Below, in pieces: positions 47,501 to 56,500 of a DNA stretch of 64,000 nt. The stretch comes from a virus (taxonomy: Duplodnaviria; Caudoviricetes): positions 1 through 64,000 of IMG/VR virus record IMGVR_UViG_2871871566_000003; one strand, given 5' to 3'. Position numbers and translations under genes: made by a program. Below the pieces are notes generated by a model. That model was not told the DNA's origin. It made no database searches and worked only from the letters and a program-made list of their open reading frames with translations. Numbering within the stretch: position 1 is the stretch's first letter; each line of letters opens with the position of its first letter.

Positions 47501-50500
47501 GGGTACCTTCATCCTGAGAAGTATTGCGCTCCTCCTGTACCTTCACACCCATCTTAGACAGGCGGTCCAGTACTGGCTTCAACTGCTCAGGCTTAAACTC
47601 AGCAAGCATATTGTTGCCTCTGGTTTCGAAGTTATTGCCATTAACCAGTTTCAGCAAATCTTCATCCATGAAGTACTTGCCGCCCTTTGCCTTGCTCTTT
47701 GGCACACGAAGTTCGAAGTAGTAGCCACGATTGTTGTCTATGCGTTTCACCTTTACTTCACCATCCGATGAAGTAACCTCGTCAATACCGCCGTGCCATG
47801 ATGAAAGTTCAAACTTATCTACCACGCTGTTGATAGGTGCATCCGTAGTCAAGCCCTTAGGGTCGAATCTATCTGGCATCAAGATACCAGTCTTCACCTC
47901 GCCAGTATCAGTTGTATATTTCACCAACTGACCGCCCAAGCCCTGATCCTTGCTGTCAACCAAAGCCTGCATCAGATTACCAGTTACAATATAGCCATTC
48001 TTGCGGCTCTCATTGCTAGTCAGTCTATCCCAGTTATCAAAGTTTTGGTTCAATACTCTGAGATGGCTGTCTCCCATACCGGCAGCCTGCTTGGTCATGC
48101 GATCGATAGAACCGATAATATCCACCTTGTTTTCACCAGAACCCACCTTGCCGGCAATAGGGAAAGTAATCTTTCTTCTGCCATCCAAGGTGGCAAAAGA
48201 TACAGAAGAGGCGTTAGGCGAGAAGTTATCCGTAATCTTAATATCAATGAGTCTTCCGTAACTGTTACCGAATCCGCTCAGTTCATTTGGATTGTTCATA
48301 TCTGCAGGCAGAACGAAAGCGCTGTTAGTATCGAAGGTATCAAGCACACGCTCAAACATTTCAGCCTTAGCTTTCAGATTCTTCACCACATCGTTCAGCT
48401 TATCTTTCTCCTGCTTGTAGATGTTGTCATACTGATAGCCAGCCATCTTCTCAATCTGCTCATCGCTCATGCCCGAATCCTTCTGACCCTTCTTGCCATC
48501 TTTGATATACTTCTCCTTAGCCTTGGTTGCAGCCTTCACGGAACGATCCTCATACTTCTGAGTCTCGTCAGCAATCTTCTGGTCGAAGTACTCTTTCACG
48601 GCAGTCTTCTTCTCGGTCTTGTATTCATCCCAAGTCTTGCCGCCAGTCAAACCATTCTGCGAAGCCTTCACCTCAGAAGCCTTCATTGGCTTCTTCAAGA
48701 TGGCCATGTTCACCTTTTCTATATAGGTGTTGTCGGCAAAGGCATTATCGCCGCCCGGCTCTGCACCCTGCTTCCAAACTTCCTTGTGGAGAGTCTTAGC
48801 CTTCAAAGGCAGCTCGGTAATCTCAAGGTCATTCTCACCCATTTCGTTGAGTCGCTGAATCTCGTTGGCATAAAGCTCGCCAATCTCCTGCAACATCTTC
48901 TCCTGTTCAGAAACTCTCAGCAGAGCCATACGCCCAAGCAACTTGCTTGCATCGGCACCAGCTTCTTTTCCACCAAGCTTTCCTCCAGAAGTAACAATGA
49001 GTCTCTGAGGGTCAATAGTAGATAAATCTTCACCGAAAGAGCCTTCCCATCCGAATGGGTCTGCCATGCGAGCATAAAGGTCAAGATGTTCTGCCATGTA
49101 TTCTCTGACAACCTTATCACCATACTTGTTGATAATATCAGAAACCTCCATGTCGTTGAACTTACTCTTCTGAGAAGAAGTTGTGTTGGCATCAAGTGAC
49201 TTCAATTTAGCCTTAAACATCATCAGCAATCGCTGCTCAGATGGAATTTGAGAAACAATATACTCATATCTACCACGGTTAACCTGTCCTGTTCGATCAA
49301 TACGACCACGCATCTGTACTTCCTCGTTCACATCTGGTTGTTGCTGAACAACAATCATAGTACGTGGCTTGTGCTCTACATCGTACTCCACAGAGTCATG
49401 CAACGAAATACCTGTAGAAGCACTTCGGTTAAGAATTAAGGCATCAAGCTTGTTGGTATTAAAATCAAGGGCAAGCTTCTTTTTGTCCGTATTAGTACGT
49501 TTAACTTTTGATACGGTTCCATTTTGATTCTTAACAAACATAGTTTGTCTTCCAGTTAACTCTCCTACACGATAACCAGCTGCTTCGAGTTCGTCACGAA
49601 CAACATCAATAGGAGAGAGTGAAAGACCTGTTGAGGCATTCTTTATATTATCCTCAATTTCATGATAACGAGCAACAGCATCAGGACCTAAATCTTCAAG
49701 ATTAAAAGTGCCGAATGTCTTATTACCCATATCGTCTGTTTGATCATAGCGAAGGACGCCCTGCAATCCCTTCATCAAGACAACGCCCAAGTCTGGTGCT
49801 TCCATTTCTGCATTAGCCTCATACTGTTCCGTCTGGCTTTCATTTGTATTATTAAGGGCGATAACCACCTTTTCTCCATTCTTTAAATGCTCGATGGCAC
49901 TTTTAGCTGCTTCTCTTGCTTTCAAAGATAGAAGTACCTGCTGAACCATATTATAGGTTCTGCTTGCAAATGGCTGGTTATGAATACCAAGGTCTTTTGT
50001 TCCTTGTCTGTTTTTGATGGATGCTTGGATAGCAGCAAGTTCATCATTGCGCTTATCAAGATAAGCACCTACGTAAGTTCTTTGGAAATTGATAATATCA
50101 TTAAACAATCCGATGATACTATCATACTGTTCTCGCTGTTCTTCAACAACAACAGGATCGTCTATCGTTTTCCAGTCAATAGTCACGCCAGTCATATCTC
50201 GCTCACGGCGAATAAACTGACCGCTGGCAGTAAGTGCTTGCGACATGACTTCCTGCAAAGTAGCTCCACCACGCTTGATGGCATCAATGAGTTCGGATGG
50301 TTTCATTCCTGCCTGGTTCATAGAGGTGCGCAAAGCGTAGATAGGCATATTGTCTGGTCGCTTTGCATAGGTTGCTGATAGGAAAGTGATAGCGTTGAGC
50401 TTTGGAACAACATATTGCAAATAAGCGGAACCACTACCTTGACCTCCTGCCTTGTGGCTCTCATCCATGATAACGTTGGCATTCTTTGCTATAGCTTCCA

Positions 50501-53500
50501 AAACATCACGTTTTCTTTGTCCGTTCTTTGAACCTTTACCATTCTTTCTTACCGTTTTCTTTCCATCCTCATAATCCATAGTTCCACTAGAGAAACTATC
50601 ATACGTAGTAACGATATAGTCATATCCGTCTGGTAACTTACCATTCTTTTGAAGATAATCCATCACTCGCTCCTGCTCTTTGTCAGAAGATAATTGATAG
50701 ACTAACTTGCCTTCCGAGTCTGTCATGTCGGCAGAGTGTTCCTTGTCCTTTGCAGCCCAAATAAAAGGACGCAAGTCAGAATTACCAATACTCTTCAAAT
50801 CTCTGTACATATCGCTAAATAGAGCCTTCTTGGCTGTGATAAATACAGGAATCTTACCTTGCTTATAGGCAAAGCGAATCATGGCAGCAGCCTGTCTTCC
50901 CTTACCGATACCAGTCATGTCACCGATAATGAAAGCATTTCCTTGCTTAGCTTGATGGATTGCAAGTGCAACGGAATCTGCTTGCTCGGATGCAAGTGCA
51001 TGGTGCATATCGTCTGCATCGTTATAGCCAAGTTCATCAACCAAGAAGCTATCAACATCGCCAATCTTCTCCAAGGCTTTCTTTGTCGCTCTGGCTTGGT
51101 CGGCAGGAATAACCGAGTTGAGACTGAAAGGGTTGTTGCTTTGAGGAACGTATTTCACCTTTTCGGTACTCAACTCACGCTTAGGTGATTCTTCTTTTTT
51201 TACTCCCAGTCCATTTCCCTCTCGTGTGGGAACAGTCCGCTGAACGCTGCTGCTGGAACGTCCTTGTCCTCCTTGTTGCTTTCTATCTCCTCCTGTTCCT
51301 CTTTCGTTGCTGGTCTCATTGGCATTCCTAGCAACTGAGCCTTCAGGTACTCGCCCTCCGTTGTCCAGTCTAGAACTTGCTGAGCCAGTTCCTCTATCTG
51401 CTCCAAAGTCGGAATCTCTTCCGCTTTCCAGTTCGGCGTTATCTCCCATGTGTTCAGATGGAGTTCGTTCAGTTTCTCCCATAGGTCGCTCATCACTTCC
51501 TCCGGTTCCCAAATCTGATATGAATCCATCAGGTCCAGAGCCATGCTCCTTGTTATTTGTGACTCCGTTACCACCTCGCTCTTTTTGTCTGAGACTATCC
51601 CCGGAAACGTCAGAAACACGTTCTCTGTTGGAAAGTCCCAAGGGTTCTTTCTGCACCCCTCGTTTACGTAATATGTCATCTTCAATTCGTTTATAAAGTT
51701 CGTCATAATCTTTCACGGCTTCCGCTCTAGCATCCTTATCAACTGGTGGGAACACCTTGTGCTCAGGATCGTAATTGCGTCTTCCGTTTATTAATATAAT
51801 ACGTGTAGGATAGCTGGTTCCCTGCTTTGCATAGAGACTACCATCCACATTAATCACGTCCTCCACATTATAGTGGCTATAGAGATAACCAAGGAAAGCC
51901 TTATCCTTCGGATTCAGACTTCCGTTCTTGGCGTATTCCGTCTTGCCGCCAATAATAATAGCAGCACGACCATCGTCCTTCATGCTCTCCAAAGCATTGA
52001 TAGCCATCTGTCCTTCCAAAGAAGAAATCTTGTAGCCGTCATACTCCTTAGGGGTAGCACTACCGAATGGTGGGTTTGTTACCACCACGTCAACGTCCTT
52101 GTCTGCAAAAGGCTGGGTTCCATCCTGACTGGTCACGTTCTTGAAGCCCTGTCTTCTCAGGTTCGCCAATCGCTGGGCATCAATATCGTTCACATGTACC
52201 TTATCCATTGGCAGACCGATGGTAAGCATACCGTTGCCGGCACTTGGCTCCAGAGCACTCTCAATCACCTTACCATTGCCCTTCACATACATGTCTGCAA
52301 GGAAGGCGTAAGGGGCAGGGGTAGAGTACTGCTGTTTCATCACTCGCTCAGAATCTCTCTGGTTGAGGCTAGGCTGATTCTCATAGAGTGTCTTGATGCG
52401 TTCAAACTTCACAGCATCGTTGGTTGATTCAGAAGAAGCGATACCTCTTGCTCGCTTAACAATAGCTGTTTCAGCAAGCTCCTGAAGGTCTGTGTCCTTA
52501 ATATCCTTCAAACCAACTCTCTCAGCTATCTTTCTCAGCTCAACAATACCGTTAAACTTATGTTTGAAGCCCAACTGCAGGTTCACAACATCAATAAACC
52601 TCTTCTCAGCCATCTTTCTTTCCTCGGCAGTCTTGGAGTCGCCCACCAGATTCTCCTGATGCTTAGGCGAAGTCTTCTCGTAGTAGTCAGCCCAATCCTT
52701 CAAGCTCATGCGCTGCTCGCCATCGCGATAGCGGATATTCATCATCTGCTCATAGATAGCATCCACGTCTTCCTTCTTAAAGAGCTTGGCAGCAGGGGCA
52801 AACTCCTTGCGCATTTCCTTCACCACGTCTTCAAGATTGTGCATACCTCTCTTGATTCTCAGATAAGCATTTTCGGCCATGGCGCTCACCAGCTTAGGCA
52901 ATACTTCCAGCTGTCTAGAGTTAAGACCAACAAACGAAGCAGAAATTTCATCCTTGCCGGCATTCTTGAGCATATCCCAAAGGTCATTAACCTTCTTGTT
53001 GGAAGCTGCTACTGCTGCATCGTCAGCCTTCTGCTGAGGCTTCTTCTCTGTCTCAGCCTTAGTTTTCTTCTCCTTTCCAAAAGCTTCTGCTGCATTCTTG
53101 ATTCCCTCCATAGGGTCAGCAGATGGTTCCTTTTTTGGAGCCTCAACCTTTGGTTCAGTCTTCTGCCCTCTAGTCTTGGCAAAGATGCTTTCATAGATAG
53201 CACGATGCAAATCATCTGTCACCTCACCGTTCAGATAATCAAGAGCCATATCCTTGGACAAATCATCCACGTCTGCCTCCTTGATCTCATCCTCAGTCAG
53301 AGGATGCTCCTTCTTGAATTCCTGGGCGGCCGCCGCAATCGGGTCAAAAGTAGGGTCTGGGTTCTCTTCTTTAGGAAGGAGTGGGAGAGGTTTTTCTTTT
53401 ACCTTACCGTCAACATATTCGACAACCTCATTCAGGTCACCATACTTCTTGCCATCATACTCGTAGTATGAGCCAGTGTATTCGCCCTTCTCGTTTGGCT

Positions 53501-56500
53501 CATCAACCTTGATAACCTCCTTGTCTCCATCAATCAGAATCTTCTGCTTCATGATAGGACCATTCTTTGATGGAGTCTCGGTTTCCTCGTCAGTAACCTT
53601 AATACGACTTTCGAGTTCCTTGTTTACTAAGTCGTCTGGTTCCTCTACTCTTGTTCGTTCTGGTTCTGTTCCTGCTTCTGCTGGTTCATTTCCTCCTGAT
53701 GCTTCTTGTTGAGGTTCTTCAACGCCTGAAACATCATGGCTTCCTTCTGTTTCTGAATGTCCTGTTCCATAATCTTGCCATTTTTTAAAGTTCAAATACT
53801 CATTAATTAGCTCTTCCTTGGTAGGAGCTGCCTCAAACATATTGCCCTCGCCAGTATTTCTAGCCTTAGCGATGCGGTTGTATTCGTCAAGCAAATCTCT
53901 GAAATCAGAAACCTTGCCCTCCAAGGCTAAAGCCATCATCTGAGAGATAGAAGAGTAACGCTTAGCCGCATCCTCACCGAACATGTCTGGTGTTCTCAGC
54001 AGCGTATCAACCTTATTGCCGCCCTGTCTTGCCTCATAGAGCAATTGGATAGCCTGATCAATTTCATCACGAAGAGAGAACTCGCCCAGCTTCATGTTGT
54101 CCATTACCGAGCGGATAGCGTTGATAGCCTTATTCTTCACCGTAGAGTCGATGCCCAGCATTCTGATAGTCTCTGGCTTGAAGATTGAACCCAAAAGAAG
54201 GTTCTTCACATACTCCCTGCCTTGTGCAGAAAGTCGCTCAGGACTATCCATCATCTGTGCCACCTCGTTCTGTCCGATGATGCCTTTATCTACTAACGTC
54301 TTCACCAAGTCATTTATTGCCTTGGAATTGTTAAAGAAAGCATCAAGAGAACCATTTCCTTCAATCTCGGCAACAATCGCGCCTACCTCGTCAGAAGTCA
54401 AGGTCTTAGCCTTGGCAACCGCCAGTTCGGTATTGCTCTGAGTCTTCTTCTCGTTTCGGTTAAACTTAGCGAAGGTAGCTGCATCGTATGGCAATCTCTC
54501 ATCCGTCACCATTACCAGACGAGGATGCTCGATTCCGCTCTGCTCAATCTGCTCTCTGGTAAAGCCGAAGTTCTCGGCATTTTCCAGAAGGTCGTTGATG
54601 TATTCGCCGTCCGTGCCTTCCTTTGCAGCCTTCTGTCCTGCCATCGTTCTGCCGTTGCCATCATAAACGATACCTTCGTCAGATACAACCGGCACATTCT
54701 CGATAGCCATACCATTATACTTCATGGCAATCTGGTCGGTATTCTGCTGAGCCGCCTTGTCGTGCTCATAGTCACGATCGTTCACGGTTCTACCCTCAGC
54801 ATCGGTAGGGAATCCCTCAGATTTCTTATAGTCGTTATTCACATCATGAGAAGGAGTAAGACTTTCTGCCGGCACAATCTCATAGTGTCCCTTAATCTTG
54901 GTCTCTCCGTCAGGCAGCATTCTTGTGCGTTTGTTGCCCACAAGTCTAGGTGCATTCACAAACTTCTGTGCAGCCACGCTACCAGCCTCATGCGCACCTT
55001 CAACCTGTTCTGTCTTACCCACGGTCTCGGCAACCTTCTTGGCAGTCATAGCCTTCTTGATATTCTGAGCGTGGGTCAACTGCTTCTTGGCAGCTTCAAT
55101 AGTCTGATTCTTCAAAGTCTCCTGCTCCATGATGTCGTTAGGCTCGGCGGTATAGTCCACCTTCATCTTCTCGGCATCCTTCAAAGCCTTCTCTGCTTTC
55201 TGAATCTGTCCGTCCACTACCTTTTCAGCATTCTCCCCGAAATCCTCAGTAAGAATCTCCGCACTCTGCTCAGAAGTCATACTAGCATAGTCTGGCGTAG
55301 GTCTTCCCTTACTGTCCATAGCCATAGGAACATCAGAACCATCGGCAAACTTTCTGCTAGGCTGAGGCTGCTCTACTTGTTGAACTGAGGCATCGCCTTC
55401 GCTAGCATTTTCCTCTGCTTCTCCATCACTTCCACTATTGGCATTGTCGCCTTTTCGAATTTTTCCATCTGTTTCATTGTTACTAATCTCTTCATTTTTA
55501 TTTTCTTTAGGTTGAACTTCCTGCTGTGCCTTGGCAGCATCCTGCATAGCCTGCTCCTGTGCCGCCTGATTGTAAGGCTCAGAGTTCTTCATCTGCAATC
55601 TCTGACGATATTCTGCAGCAAACTGGTCAATAGGCTGGTTTTGAACCAGAGTAACCTCATCTGCCTTCACATAAACCAATTCCTTGGTATTAGGGTCCAG
55701 GCAGACAAGCATATCGCCGCTTCCTTCCTTAGCTCTGCCAGTAGTCTGGTCGAAAGCAACATCACCCGAACCAACAAGAAGTGTTCTTCCGCTGCTGTCT
55801 TGAACATACAGAGCCTGCTCGCCATTCATCGCATGACCGTTCAATGTTCCGTGATAGCTCCAATCAGAAATAAAGCTCTTCACGTTTTCCTCTATAGCAT
55901 CAGCAGTAGCCTGCTGCATACCCTGCACTCTAGCGTTCGCATTAATATATTGGGCAAGTGGGGTCAACTCTTCTTGGGTCAATCCATTCTGAATGAGTGC
56001 ATCGTAAATCTGTGCCGGCGTCAAGCCCTGCTGGTGCAATTTCTCAAAGGTTTGCTTGAACACATCGTTGCTATCCATCGCTGCATCAATGGCTTGCTCT
56101 GCGTTTCGAAGGTTGCGCAATTCATCAACTACCACGCCGCTGTCCGGGTTGTCCGTTCCCAGACTATGCTCCTCGGCAACCGTCTTACCTTGGCTGGCAG
56201 ACTGGTCTGCGTGTGGTCTCCAGCTAGGGAAAAGCTCATCTTCGAGTGCTCTCTTCACATGATAGAAGATTCTGTTCTCCTCATCGGTACGCTTCATTGG
56301 GTCCTTGCGCATGATTTTGTCAATATCAATAACAATGCTTCCTTCTTTACCAAGAAGTTCTTTGATAGAAGCCATGAAGTTATTAGTATAACCTTTGCTT
56401 TCTGATCTGAGGTAACCAAGCAAGCCGTTCTTATCCGCATACTTCTCCCAGTAAAGATAGAGTGCGCTCTTCGGGTTGCGCAAGTCATTAATCAGTCGGG

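Noticed and set aside
53009-53215. Another +1-frame ORF inside the giant gene
   Set aside because: Arg/Leu-rich translation typical of off-frame reading; serves as a negative contrast to the four retained nested ORFs
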